Shown in pieces: positions 32,136 to 45,199 of a DNA stretch of 64,000 nt (position 1 is the stretch's first letter; every line of letters starts with the position of its first letter). The DNA lies in NCBI GenBank assembly GCA_977862235.1, contig OZ374558.1, positions 3,410,001-3,474,000 of the forward strand, in the 5' to 3' direction. The DNA is from Dudresnaya verticillata. Taxonomy: Eukaryota. Under the pieces are notes generated by a model, which saw nothing but the letters and a program-made list of their open reading frames with translations, was not told where the DNA came from and made no database searches. Both the position numbers and the translations under genes were made by a program.

Positions 32136-35100
32136 ATGACCAACACTAGGAGTGCTACAAACGGATCCAATGCCCAAGATTCAAGCACAAACCGTGTCCG
32201 TCAGACGATCGTCGAAACGGTGGAAGCGCCGAGGCTGACAGGACTGTCAACGGCTGACTTCGTCTTGTTCAAGCACGATCGCGAGATCTATGAACGACGA
32301 GTCGCTGAGAAGATTTCGGATCCGAATGTTAAGATCCAGCTTACGACCTACAAGGACTCTATTCTACCTGCTGTGCTGGAGATCTTCGCACTAGGTGACT
32401 GGGTTCCGGTGGACACCGTTGAAGACATCAGGGAGAAGCATCTTGAGGACTGTGTGGCCAAGCAGGCCGTAGTTAATCCTGATGATTATGATCTTGGAAA
32501 GCTCGATGATTCCCTCAATGACTTGAAGCTCGGACGAGCGGATAGTGAACAAAACCTAGAAGCCCAAGTTTGGAAGCTGATCTTGGAATACACCAAGATC
32601 TTACAGAACTGTGGTTACGATAAGTTTGCCGAACGGCACCCGAAGCTTGCCGTGGAGCACATACTGAAGCGTATCACTCACCCGTTCCTGAAGAACCGCA
32701 TGATCATGACTGCGCGTCTGAAGAAGGACGAGGACTTTCAGAAGAACTTCAAAGTTTTCGTACGAGAACTCGCGAAGGAGGCGCGGCTGATCGACCGCAT
32801 GAACGCCGCCAAGAAATACAAAGCGCCCGCTACCGCTTACGACAAGTTTGCTACTCGTGTCGCGGATGATCCGACGCCGATGGCGCCATACCGATCGGGC
32901 AGTTCCGGTTCTGGACGTAAGAATAAGAAGCGTCGTAATCAAGGTGGTGCATCTGGCAGTACTGCAGGAGATGGGAACCGCAATCAAGACAAACCGTTCG
33001 GTGGTAACGATGGCAGAGGTAAACGCTTTCGCGAACCTCCCCATTGTCTCAACCCAAAGTGCGACAAGCGCCATTGGGTTGATGACTGTGAAATAACTGC
33101 GGACGCAGAGAAGAAACGTCTCAAGGATGAGTGCCGTGCGCGTTCGCAAGGGCGCAAGCGATCGAAGCAGGACTCAGAGAAGCGAGGAAACATCGGATCT
33201 GTAGAACTACCTACCGAGGAAGAACAAACTTCAATGTTCTCAGCCCCATTCTGTTACGGTGCTGTAGAGGTGTCCGCCTTAACCGATCAAGGTTCGGATG
33301 CTAATCTAATTTCACCATCAGTACTGAAGGAGATCTTACAGGCTGACCCAGATGTTCGAGTTGTGACTCTACCAAAGAAGCTGGAGTTCTCCAATCCTCA
33401 TTCTTCTGCAGTGAAGATCACGTGCAGCAGGCAAATATCCGCTGACGAAATACTACGCGTACGCCATGGTACGAACCTCATGTTGCGAGGAATGAAGTGG
33501 CTGGTCGCAGACGCTGAAGTACAGCACGTTTATGTCGGACGACATGTTCTCGCGTCTATAGGGTTGAACAACCGTGTCATGCTCGAGTTCGCGGCTGATA
33601 GATTCGGAGGAGTCGTCGACGTCCCAGAAGTTCTTCATAAGGATGGGAGTGGCGACACTCCTTGCGCCGACGCCGGTGCGTCTGGTCTATCCATAGAATC
33701 CTTCGCGAACGCGGTTTGGACTTCGGAAGCACCTTCCACAGCGAAGGAGGTGCGGAGGACGATCAACTCGAAGACAGTAACGTCTACGTCGATCTTGGCG
33801 AGGACTCGCCGGATGGTTTGAAACAGGCGATCGCCGAAATGGTCGAAGACGCTCGCAACAATGGGCTGAGCGATACCGGAGCCGAACGGCTGACCTCTAT
33901 CCTGGACAGGTACCCGGTTTTCGGATTCGGCTGGGCAAATCCCAACCAGCCGACGTTCCGCCAATGAGGGTACGACTTCAACAAGGATACCGACCGGTAC
34001 GTGTGAAAGCAAGGAGATACTCCGGTGAACAACGGAACTTCCTGAACGCGTACGTGGATCAGCTCAAGGAGATGAAATTTTTCGAGGAGATGCCAACCGC
34101 CGAATCGCAAGCGGCACCTCTCCTTGTGCCGAAGCCTGGTTCCAGAGCTGGGTATCGTATGACCGTGGACCTTCGTCGGGTCAATGGCCGGACAATCAAA
34201 GAGTCGTGGCCAATGCCTCATCTGGACAGTGAGGTGTATGATTTCTCAGGGAGCACGTGTTTCGCCTCCCTGGATTTCGTGTCGGGTTATTGGCAGCTTC
34301 CACTGCATCCCGATTCCTACACCGCGTGTGGCGTCATCACACCGCGCGGGGTAATGATATCAAAATGCGTGTTGCATGGTCTGGCGAACGCCGTGGCTTT
34401 TTTCCAGAGCTCGGTCGAGCCTCTATTCGCCAGCCTGCGTGATTTTCTGAAGGCATGGCTGGACGATTTCAGCCTTCACGCCCCATGCGAGGAGATTCTT
34501 TTGGACAATCTCGAGAGTTTTCTCCGCATCTGTAAGGAGAAGAGATTGTGGCTTTCCGCACGGAAATGCAAACTATTTCGCAACAAACTTCGCTGGTGCG
34601 GTCGCATTGTGTCTGGGGAAGGGTACACACTCGACCCCACACGTCTTTCGGGTTTGCAAGAAATGGGAACCCCGAAGACTGCAGAAGAACTTGCGCAGTT
34701 CATCTACTGCTGTCGCTGGATGTCGCTCGCCATCCCCGACTTCGCGCGCCGCATCGTGCCGCTCAACAACATCTGGGAAGAGGCGTACGCCAAATCTGGA
34801 AAGCGTACAAAGAGATCTATCCGCAAGATCGCGCTCAGTAGCCTGTCTTGGGGGTCCCCGCATGAGAAGGCCTTTCTCGATCTTCAAGACAGCCTACGGA
34901 CCGCTGTCACCCTCTCTTATCCGGATCCGGACAAAGCTATTTGCGTATTCACCGATGCGTCCGAACGGTTCTGGTCTGGCGTTGTCACGCAGTGCGACGA
35001 ATTAGATCTGAAGAAGCCGGTCGGCGAACAGAAGCATGAACCCCTCGCATTTTTGGGTTCCCACTTTACAGGCGCATCGCTGAACTGGTCTACCTTCGAG

Positions 35101-36954
35101 AAAGAAGGATTCGCGGTGTTCCAGACCTTTGAGAAACTCGACTAGATGCTGCTTGGTCACGCGCGTACTCACGTGTTCACGGATCATCGAAATCTACTGT
35201 TCTTGTTCGCACCTCTTGCACTAGAGCCAGCTCTTGGAAGACACATTGTCTCAAAAGTTCAACGTTGGGCTCTGTACTTGTCCAAGTTCAGCTACGTCAT
35301 TGAGCACATCAAGGGAGAAGAAAATGTGTTCGCAGATATTCTTACTCGCTGGGTCAAGGGCTACCGCAACGAGAATTCTATGCTGTGCAGCGTTATACTC
35401 GAAGAAGCTGAACAGCTCATCCCTGCCGCCGACGCAATTGTCTGGCCGGGTATCGAAGTTATTCGCGACTCACAAGCGTCTCACACACGCACTGAAGGAG
35501 TAATCCTTGACGAGGATGACAGATTGTGGAAGAAAGGAAATCTCAACTGGATTCCGAAGGAGGACCTCGAACTCAAGCTCAAAGTAATTGTGTGTTCACA
35601 CTGTGGTACAATCGGACACCGAAGTATGGATGCAACCAAGAGCATCATACTCGAGCACTTTTGGTGGGAGACCATCAAGGAGGATGTCGACGAGTTGGTT
35701 CGCGGATGCTTACACTGCATCGTAACCCGTACGGGGGAGATCGTCCCGCGACCGCTCGGACACGCTCTGCACGGCGAACGCCGTAATGAAGTTGTCCACG
35801 CCGATTTCCTTGACATGGGTCAAGGTGTGGACGGGAAGAAATACGACCTCATCATACGGGACGACTTGTCCTCGTACATATGGCTTTGGCCAACAGACGA
35901 GGCGGACGCCGACGCTGCCGCAGCTGCCCTGAACGCTTGGGTTGGCAGCTTTGGTTCTATGGATTGGCTGGTGAGCGATCAGGGATCCCATTTCAAGAAC
36001 AAACTACTCAAGGAGATGGTGGAAGAACTGCGTTCGCAACATCATTTCACCACGGCTTATTGTCCGTGGGCGAACGGTTCCGTCGAGAGAGTTTGCCGTG
36101 AAGTCCTTCGTGCGTGCCGCGCGCTGCTCAGCGAATGGAAGCTATTGCCGAAGGATTGGCCTGCAGTAACCGAGTCTGTACAGAGCATCATCAGTCAAGC
36201 TCCGCTTCGGAAGCTCGGCCTTCGCGACGCGGAAGTGCCAGGTGTACACCGCACTCCGCTCGAAGGCTTCACAGGACATCGACCTGTGCGTCCTCTACTG
36301 AGAGCCTTACCGATGAACAAGTACCGGTCGGCCAAAATAATCGAAGAGTTACGCGCACGCGTGCTTCTCAACATTGATCAACTCCAGGATGCGTTGTTCA
36401 ACATTCATCGAGATGTGGAAGAGATCTCAAGTGTTGCGCGGAAGCGAAAGGTTGATCAACACAACAAGCGCACGAACGTTCACCGCGCTAACTTCATCGA
36501 GGGCGACTTTGTCCTCGTTCGTCGCGCTCAGCCCGGTGGACACAAGCTGAAGTTCGTTTGGCGAGGACCTCGCCGCGTCACAGAAGTCCGTTCGGAATGG
36601 GTCTTCGAGATACAGAACCTCATCACGGACAAAAGGGAAGTGGTGCACGCGCGCCGCTTACACCTCTACCGCTCGGATACGGATGGCAAGGAAGTCCTTC
36701 CTGCACTGCTGAAAGCTGCGGAGCACTCCGAAACAAGCTACCAGATTGCCGAACAAATACGCGGCATCAGAGAAGTTGATGGAGAACTCCAGATTCACCT
36801 GGAGTGGAGTGGGCTCCCCGATGAGGTCGACTGGACCTGGTAACCCTTGCGCCAAGTCTTCGAGGACATGCCTGGACTGCTCGAAGATTTTCTCCACACT
36901 GCCGGGACTCGCAGTCTCAAACGACGCGCGCTCGCGCAATGCAATTTCTCGTAA
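32136..36954 (+). pseudogene. Gypsy gag-pol polyprotein with frameshifts and premature stops
   Basis: Zn knuckle CLNPKCDKRHWVDDC; protease LTDQGS; RT LDFVSGYWQ and WLDD; RH FTDAS; IN H..H/CLHC, DQGSHF, NGSVER; chromodomain IHLEWSGLPDEVDWTW*P. Stops at 35143 and 36841; frameshifts at about 33700 and 33920. Confidence 0.92.
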
Positions 36955-36994
36955 CCAAGCTTCTTTGTTCACGCGAACAGAAGCTTGGGGGCAC

Positions 36995-37604
36995 TGTTAC
37001 ACATAGCGCTCGCACTGTTTGGGAGTACTCCCTAGAATGGGATCCCAACGCACACACGCGACGCTGCAGGTGAATTCCCTAGAATGGGAGCCTGCTGGGG
37101 AACGCACTGCTGAACAATGGCAGACCCCACGGCCGATCATGGCTATCGCGCACAGACCTGGTGAACCTGCACAAGGCAGAACTGCCGGTCTGACAATGCG
37201 AATTTGCGTCCCTTCGGACAAGCCTCTACATCTTATTGGCTAACGCTCAGGGTCCCCTGACAACAGGGTTCAGACCTGAACGACTTTCCGCCCGTCCCCG
37301 ACCCACTGTGGGACGGCGGGTGTGAACACATCCACCTGTTCAGGTCTATCTGACTTGGAGCGGATCCCACGAGCCTGTGGGCCACAAATACTGTGGGTCG
37401 CTTTGAGCCGTCCGGCTGTAGAAATAATAAAGGCAGCACGCTGGCGTCGAACGACGACGACGAGGGTCATGACACCACTCCTCATCCACGCCGTGACTTT
37501 GCCCTCCACTTTGCCAACCCCAACTTTCTCTCTACCAGCCTTTTACTTTTCCTTTTCGCGTTCGCGATCTACTGCTTCGAAGGCAAAAGCGGTTACGCGT
37601 CACA
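36995..37604 (+). repeat. Gypsy 3' LTR
   Basis: Direct repeat of 31467-32076, preceded by a short G run. Confidence 0.96.
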
Positions 37605-37608
37605 TACC

Positions 37609-38592
37609 AAGCCGCCACCGCGGCCGCGCTAGCTCCACATTTTTCGCCTGGCAGGCCAAACACTCCGGCATCAATCCACGGTTACATCTAACTCTTGTCG
37701 TCCCTTCACTGCCCTACCTTACTCTTCATCTGTTTGCCGTGTTCAAACTGAAGTTTGGGTTACAATGATCAAGCTACGTCTTGGACATCCTATCTTTGCT
37801 GGCCATGGCGCTTGTCACCGTTGTGCAGATGGTACTACTTGTCCTGTGCCAATTCTTGACACCTATGGCCATCATGCTGCTATCTGCCGCTCCCGTGATG
37901 GATCAATTCGCCGTCATAACCTTCTTCGAGATCGGTTGGCGTCACTCTTTAAAAACATTGCTCAGAATGGGGTTACAGTGGCAATTGAGAACCACTTTGA
38001 TTATGCTGACGAACATGGCGATGGAAACCCAGTGCTTGCATCTAATCGAACTTTGCTCGAATGTGCTCGTGATGATCGGCACCTTGCTCGTTTACCTTCT
38101 GGAGAGTTTGTTTCTCGACGTGAAGATCTCCGCATGGATTTATAAGTCGATGACGCTAGCTTTGCACCTCACCCACAAGGTTTCGATGTCTCCGTTATCA
38201 GTCCTCATTCTCTTCACCGTACTACTGGTAGAGTGTCCGGTCAAGCTATAGCTCAACGTGAACGGGCCAAGCTTTCGCATTATCGGCGAGTGCGTGGAAG
38301 CCTAGGCATGGATTTGCATGCTATGGTTATTGATGTATACGGCCGTATTGGGGTCGGACAGGTTTTGACACCGGTATTCAGCGTATCGCTGATTACATTG
38401 CTGTCAAGAAGGGGACCTCCCCCATCGCTCAGAAGCTTGCTCTCTTAACGTCTCTTACTACGCTCGTTCTTCAATGTGTTGCAGCTAGCGTGAATCGCCG
38501 CAACCTCTCCCCTCCTCCTGCAATGTGTCCTGATACTTAGACCCTTTCCCAGGGTTGCTTTTTAGTATATTTAAAATAAAGGTTGTGCTCTC
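37609..38592 (+). mobile_element. 3' part of CRE-like (RLE) non-LTR element
   Basis: CHRC...GHHAAIC...IRRHNLLRD zinc motif, RMDL...FDVSVISP, AKLSHY...VIDVYGRIG; AATAAA at the end. Confidence 0.8.
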
Positions 38593-38599
38593 AATCCAC

Positions 38600-39600
38600 A
38601 ACGAGATATCTAGGTGTTGATATTTCCCCCGCCGGTGCTGAAGGGTCTGCAATCCTCTCACGTCCCACCCCCGCCAAGAAGGTCCTGCGCTACCTCACAT
38701 CCATGGGATTATTTTCAGCGAGGATGAAACCGAAGCTGTAACTTTCATGTACAAGACAGTCATCCGCCCCCTCTACGAACATGGAAGCGCGCTTGTGCCC
38801 TACACTGGAGAAATCCTGCGAGCTATCGATGAATTGGACGCCGAATTCTGCCGCATCATCATCTCACAGCGGTCGCCCCGGATGCCTCGAAAACGCCCGC
38901 GAAAGCTCCGCGCCCTTTTCCAGAAGGAAAGCCCGGGACTGCGGCAGCGGACACTGTACAACAATCTCGTCGCATCTCTGCGTCGGCTGACGAGGACACC
39001 CGGCTCCCGTGCATCGTGGCAAGCCCAGAAGACACTACAGGCCCTCTGCAAAGTGCCTACCCCTTCCCTCCAACGTGTATTGCAACGCCCGCTCCCCCAA
39101 GCTGAAGCTATTGCGGACAGCCGTAAGGAGTGGAAAGTTGCGCTTGCGAGTTGCCGCCCTGCACCTGTGCCACGCCCCAACGTCCCTCCTCCTGCACTAC
39201 TCCTCCTTGACTACCACGATCAGCTCCTTGCCATCCGCTTGCACCTTTGCACCTTCCCTATCCCACCGCAAAGCCCATCACACCGCGCGACCCTCCGGGC
39301 TCACTCACCGGCCCTGCGCAAGTTGTCAAAGGCCAACCCGACCACTGTAGATCTTGCTGTTATCTCGACCACGATCCGTGCCATTCGCGATCTCTGCGCA
39401 ACTGCTTTCCCGGCCCCCTGGTCCCCTTCACCCTCTTCCTCCCACTCACCGACCCAGTGACATCCCCTGCGGTGTGCTCTGTAACGATACCAAGTAACGC
39501 TGTTGTGTGCCTTGTAGACTACTCTCCAGCTTCGCACGTGCACACACCCGTGAGACTCGATCCCACGACCTCCATGGCGGACCAAGCAAAAAGAAACCAT
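38600..39600 (+). mobile_element. LINE family A 3' fragment
   Basis: YLGVD start, YKTVIRPLYEHG, LAIRLHLCTFPIPP; homologous to the other copies. Confidence 0.8.
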
Positions 39601-39686
39601 TAAGCTATTGCCGCTTCAGTGTGGCTTTGCTTGGTGTAGTGCTGTGATGCTCCCTACTTAAGATCCTACTTCAGTAGGTATCTACA

Positions 39687-42000
39687 CTAATCATTCTACA
39701 ACATCTCCCCACTTGCTTTCAACTACACCAGTTGCAGCCATGAGGCTAGTTCTTTTCGAATCTGCTATCGGACCTTTGATTGGGTCCTGGCGAGACTAGG
39801 CCAAACCTGGACCGCCACATGTGCCTAACCATTCGACCACCGGTGGTGTCCATTTGGGCAAAATATCACCTGTGCCTCGCGCAGGTGGTAATGCTTCGTC
39901 CTCGGGAGCGTAAATCCGCATCGTGAGCGCTATTGCGTCTGCTGTTGCAGCCGGCAACCAAAAGTCGTCCCCGCTTGGACTATCGCCGTCGAAGGCCGCG
40001 CGGTTGTCACAGCCGATGTAGATGTCGACGGCGCGATCGGTGTTGGGCTCCAGCTCCCAGCTGTGGACGACGTATCGTTGTTCTGAATTCTCGAGAAAGT
40101 ACCCTTCCTCGTCGTAGAGCGAAACGGACCAGAACCCGTCGAACCGTGACACGACGGGTGGGGTCTCTTCCTTGGCAAACCGTAGTCGGTAGCGCTGCCC
40201 ACCCCGGAGGAGCTGTTTGCGATCATCAGAGGTAGCAGTTGGGTACATACCGTCTTTGGGAAGGTTGGCGCCAAAACCGACGAGTGCCACTGCGGCCCGG
40301 CGCAGGTAGTCTTCGCCGTATTCGCCGATATTATGCAACACAAAGGCCCAGCCGTCGATCTGTTGTCCAAGACCGCTCTCCACGTAGGCGCGCATGCTGC
40401 GCAGTGCTGCCTCTGGAGCAGGTTTCATGGCAACCGACAAGGCCACCGAAGGGTTGAAAGGCTTGCCGGGCACAAAGCCGAGCACTTCCTCAAAGTGGAC
40501 CAGCAGTGCATCGTCCGCGGCATAGCCGGGGTTGTCCGCCATCAACGTTGCCAACTCGCTCAAGAAGCGGCGCATATCCATGTTTCTGACGATCTCCGGC
40601 GGCGTCGGAGCACCCGGCAAGACGAGACCCAGTGGCCCCTTACCCACATTACTTAAAGAAAAGCTCTTCTTGCATTTGCTGCGATCGCCGTTCTGAAAAT
40701 CATTCAATGAGCGCAGGCAGTAGCCCTTCTGAATGCGAAGGACGTCTTGGAGGTCCTGTTTTCCCTGCTTGATGCGTGTGCGACCAAGAACCCAAACCAT
40801 GTTGGTATCGACACGATAAATGCGGCTGACGCCGGCGACCCTGCCTTTGTAGCCCGGTCCCACTATGGCGAAGCTCTGTGCTTGCGAGCCGGTGTTGGCG
40901 ATACCAGGGCTATCGGGGTTCGAGGTAGACCAGCCGTCCAAGAGTTGCAACAAGTAGAAGCGGTCTTGCACCTCCGGGACATCGAGGATCTGTGGGCCGT
41001 TGGTTAGATCCAAGAAGGCAACCGAGTAGAGCGTGTCCAAGTTTGGACGGACGACGTTTTTGTCGGTCGGTTCGGGACGGGTGCGCTTGTGCAGGAAGCG
41101 ATTGATTTCGGCACCGGGATGCTGCAATAGCGCCCGCTTCGTGTATTCCATTAGCATAAGAGGGTAGCCGTAGACGTATGCTTGCTGGGCGGTTTGGCAA
41201 ATCTTGCTAGCTTGGCACTTGTCTGCTGCACGAAGAAGGGGCTGACGAAGGGTCGGCATGACTCGAGCTTGTTCGATGGGCACACTGGTCGAGATTGCGA
41301 TCGTAGCGACCACGATGGCGGCGGAGCAAATCCAGTTCGATATCATTTTGTTCTAGTGCGGTTGTGATGGAGACAAGTTGGTCAATAGGGGAAGTTGAGG
41401 ATGTGTGTGTTGGTGTGAGAGGGAGAGCCGGCATTGAATAGAGCATGGGTAGGGCGGAGTGTTATATAGGACATTTTCTTCGCGCTACCAGTAGACCTTT
41501 AGAGGGGAAGTTTCAGCTTGGTAGTGGAAGAGGATGTTTCAGTGGCGCCGTCACAAAGCTGACGTGTTTTCGATGCAGCTCAGCATGCCGCCGTCAGCGT
41601 TCGCGAGCGCTGACTGCGGCTGAGGTAGCTGCTTGTTACCTTGGAAGGTACAAGGAGAGAGTCTAAAGTTTTGCTCTTTGTCGGACAGCGCCAGCTCTCC
41701 TACGGCGCGGGGACAGGCGGTCGCAGTCGGGAAAAGAAAACAGCGAGTGGGATTGCAGGAACGGCTTGCGCCATTGTAATTGGATGATTGACCGGCGATA
41801 CAGTCGTGGCGGTCCAATCGGCATCGCGCGCGGCACAAGTCGTCAATGGCGCTCGTCGGTGCCAATCTCATTACGTCGCTCAACGGCAGACGTTCCTGTC
41901 CGGTCCTCTCCAAGCAGTAATGGCGCTCTGAGGCCGCAGCGCCACTGGCTCGGAAGTTTATGTCGCGATCGCCATTACCCGAAGTGCGATCGCACCATCC
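39687..42000. repeat. Segmental duplication copy 2
   Basis: Colinear with 27764-30033; indels only in the upstream non-coding part. Confidence 0.92.
39796..41346 (-). CDS. Secreted DUF1254/DUF1214 protein, copy 2 (516 aa)
   Basis: Same motifs; about 13 aa differences from copy 1. Confidence 0.9.
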   Translation of the reverse strand: MISNWICSAAIVVATIAISTSVPIEQARVMPTLRQPLLRAADKCQASKICQTAQQAYVYGYPLMLMEYTKRALLQHPGAEINRFLHKRTRPEPTDKNVVRPNLDTLYSVAFLDLTNGPQILDVPEVQDRFYLLQLLDGWSTSNPDSPGIANTGSQAQSFAIVGPGYKGRVAGVSRIYRVDTNMVWVLGRTRIKQGKQDLQDVLRIQKGYCLRSLNDFQNGDRSKCKKSFSLSNVGKGPLGLVLPGAPTPPEIVRNMDMRRFLSELATLMADNPGYAADDALLVHFEEVLGFVPGKPFNPSVALSVAMKPAPEAALRSMRAYVESGLGQQIDGWAFVLHNIGEYGEDYLRRAAVALVGFGANLPKDGMYPTATSDDRKQLLRGGQRYRLRFAKEETPPVVSRFDGFWSVSLYDEEGYFLENSEQRYVVHSWELEPNTDRAVDIYIGCDNRAAFDGDSPSGDDFWLPAATADAIALTMRIYAPEDEALPPARGTGDILPKWTPPVVEWLGTCGGPGLA

Positions 42001-42388
42001 GCATTGGCTCCATCGCATGTACACGAGGCAGCCCACTTTCAGTTAGATTGGATTGGGTATTGCTTGTGTGGCAGGGTCATACAGATAATCTCTGCACAGC
42101 CGACAGGGTCAAAACAACACAGCGTGAGATCACCTACGGGATACGGGGTATTCTGTAATGCGTGGATTGCGGAGTTACCATTCCACCACTCCATCACCCT
42201 CCTCCTGGACAATGCCCGACCCAGCCCAGTGGGCTTTGCAGTGTAATCCCCGAAGAGGTCCATTCGCAAATCATCGTCTCGATCCAGTGTTTGTCACTGA
42301 GCTTGGCATGAATATCGCAAGTCAGCACCAACTCCAGCAGTGCTCCGTCTGCCCAACCTCCGTGGGCACCTCCACGCAAAGTCCATAG

Positions 42389-43660
42389 CGATGGGCGATC
42401 ATCGTCACAAAAGAAGCAACACGCAGAAGCACTCCCGCAGCACGCGTGACGGGGAGCTGCCTCGTGGCCAGCTCGAATACTTGTACAGTACCGCTGAGAG
42501 TTTTTGCAAATCTGGCAATCTCACGTAAACCCCCCAGCACCTCCAAAACGCAACCACCCATCCCACCCTCGCCGCCACCACCACCGTTCCCACCGCCCAC
42601 CGCCACTCCCGCCACAACCCGCCGCTGCCGTCGCCGTCCCACCTGACCACTGCCGAGCGAGCCGCCGGGCACGCCAAATCCGCCCGTTACCCTAGCCACG
42701 CCAGAACCGCTCTTGCCAAGTCGTGCTGCCCCTGCGCGGAGCGCCCCATATAGCGCCCCCGCACCCGCATACACCTCCGCCTTGCCGAGCCCACAGCCCC
42801 CGTGCTGCATATCGTACGCGCTCGCGCTTGGTCCAAGCCGCCGTTTTGGTCTCCTGTTGAGTGCGCTCTCACCAAACTCATTCGAACGACAACCTACCAG
42901 CGTATCGGCACGTCTGCTGTACCGGAAGACGTGAGTACCTACCCGCATCTTCGTCGCCGCCTCTTCTCCACAGCACTATACGACTCCACGTTGAACACCA
43001 CTACCCGATCGTTTTGCAGACCGGTCACCAGCTTTCGTGAACCAGCCTCGTAACGCCATGCAGATGAATTCGTAACACGTGCAGGCAGAGTCGCCAGCCG
43101 GCCAGCCCGGTCCTTTCCGAACCACACCACCCTGTCTTCACAATATATTTCAGCCCTGCGCTCTCCAACCCTAGAGCTTGCTCCTTGACTGCGCGCTCGA
43201 TACATTTTCTCCACCAACTGCCCGCGTGCGCGACTCATCTTTGACATGCCACCTGCGAGTATCTGATCATCCAGATTGTACCAGTTCCAAAACTTCACCA
43301 CTCTGTCCGCTACGAACTCGGCTTGGTGCACCATGTATTCTTCTCGAACAACAGAAAGCCATGTTCATTTCACAGCCTTGCCCGTCCCCATTTCCCACAC
43401 CCGCAGCGTCCGATCGAACGATGTCAATGCAATCAGCTCTCCATCACGGCTCACAGCTACATGGATGGACACACTATGTCAGTGTGTGGACTTCCCGCAA
43501 GAACTGCGGCTCGAAGCTGTCCAAGTTGAAATCTTCGACCTTGAACTCCTTGACTGCCGCGTCGATCATGACTTGGCCAGCTTGACAGCTTTAACCTGTG
43601 AGTCAAAGCTGTGCTTTGTATACCCTGCTGAAACCACGTTCGCCTATCTTGGCCACCCCC
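42389..43660 (+). pseudogene. Degraded Pro-rich ORF, possibly retroelement ORF1 or N-terminus
   Basis: Broken reading frames with a Pro/Ala-rich segment, lying directly upstream of an RLE fragment; no diagnostic motif. Confidence 0.3.
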
Positions 43661-43689
43661 TCTTTTGGTTGCCTCTTTCTCAAATGTTA

Positions 43690-44476
43690 AGTCGTCAAAG
43701 TCAAGCTTCCAAGTGGTCTCAAAGTTGTCTATCTTTTTCTGAAGAAGTGACTTTGTGGACTTTGAAATGGCGCTCTTCCGTACCAACTGCTTTGCAATAG
43801 CGAATATTGATATCATCTGAACTTCGCCATCTTCCTGTACGTCAAGCTGGGTCGAGTACGCGCAGAGCGGCTTTTCTGTCCGCCGCTTTCTAGCTTTTTG
43901 GTTACTTTTGGGTTGAATTGATTTGGCACCCAGACGATCGGCTCGGCACAGTTGGCGCTCATGCGCCGACCAGCCGAATTTCAATTGTATTACTGGTCGT
44001 AAGTAGTATGATCGCCTTGTCAGGCGGACTTCACCCCTTTGAACGGGCTCTCTGGGCGCCTTCCTGCTTCTCCAGGTCTCGGTCGTCAGTCCCCGTTCTA
44101 TTCATGGTTCCACTGGTCGCGTTGCTGGCCAAGCCATTGCAGCTCGCGAACGTGTCAAACGCTCTCATTACCGCCGCGTATGCGCTAGTTTGGATATGGT
44201 TCTCCATCCTATGGTTGTAGATGTCCATGGCCGTGTTGGATCTGGCTTTGAAGTTAGCGCCCAACATATTGCTAATTTCATTGCCAGCAAGCGCGGGACC
44301 TCTCCGTCTACGGAGAAACTTCGCCTCACTACTCGTTTACTCTCTTTTGTTCTCCAATGCGTCGCGGTGAGTGTCAACCGCCGCAAGCTTGCTCCTCCGC
44401 CTCTTTATGGTAGCTCTGAATCCTAAGCCCCCTTAAGGGGCTTCTCTCTTGTTCTTTAATAAAGGTCTCTCTCTCT
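43690..44476 (+). mobile_element. CRE-like (RLE) non-LTR element 3' fragment
   Basis: AIAARERVKRSHY...LHPMVVDVHGRVGSGF...LQCVAVSVNRRKL, then hairpin, AATAAA and (CT)n. Left boundary approximate. Confidence 0.75.
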
Positions 44477-45199
44477 TCTCCAGGGGCTCGAGGGTGGCTT
44501 GAACGACTCGAATGTCTGCGCGAACGCGGGTACTGCCGAACAAGTTGCGAAGGGGCTGGGCGATGGCCTACAGACAGCTTCCTCTCTCTCGCCTCTCGCT
44601 TGACCGGCCGCCGCCTCAGCTCCGTTGTTGTTGTTGTTTGGAAGTGCAGGAGGTGCTTTGCTCTATTCATGCACTGCTGACGCTCGGGAATACCTGTTAC
44701 ATGCAGATATACGGAACAGTACGTGATGTGCTGTTTTCCTGCGGGGATGGAGATGCAAAAAGTCTGCGACGTACTTCGCTTGTTCTCTGGCGTTTCAAGC
44801 TAGTCCTGTTCACCTCACCTGAGATGTGCAAACGGTGCTTTCTCATTCTTCCGGCTTCTACATCTATATCACCCATATTTCATGTCGGGGGCTATGTCAG
44901 CCGACACATTCCTACTGTGATGCCTTTGTCATTGTTGTTTCTCACTATGGAAGGAACTGAGCCTTCTTGAGTATTCGCAACGCTTCTTTCTCGGTTAATA
45001 CGCTATACAACTACATTCTTTGAAGAAACAAACCGTGTAAGAATCATTTACTCAGCCACCCCTAGAGGGATCTTAACTAGAAGGGAAAGAAATTATAACG
45101 TGTCATGTTGGACGACAAAAGATACAAGACGAGAGAGAAGCGCGCAATTGCCTCCACTTTTCTGTGCCCAACTCATTTCACCCATCGACAACGCCCTGG

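Larger units (their letters stand above)
31467..37604 (+). mobile_element. Gypsy/Ty3 LTR retrotransposon with chromodomain, full-length, defective
   Basis: 610-bp TG...CA LTRs, 4-bp TSD TACC (31463-31466 and 37605-37608), gag-PR-RT-RH-IN-CHD order. Confidence 0.96.

Noticed and set aside
35143..36843. Programmed readthrough at Gypsy TAG 35143 or TAA 36841
   Set aside because: Both fall inside conserved domains (RNase H; chromodomain TWEP) in a copy with other lesions, so they are ordinary nonsense mutations.
27873..41346. Bacterial contamination as the source of the DUF1254 genes
   Set aside because: The genes have TATA boxes and are interleaved with eukaryotic retroelements carrying intact TSDs.
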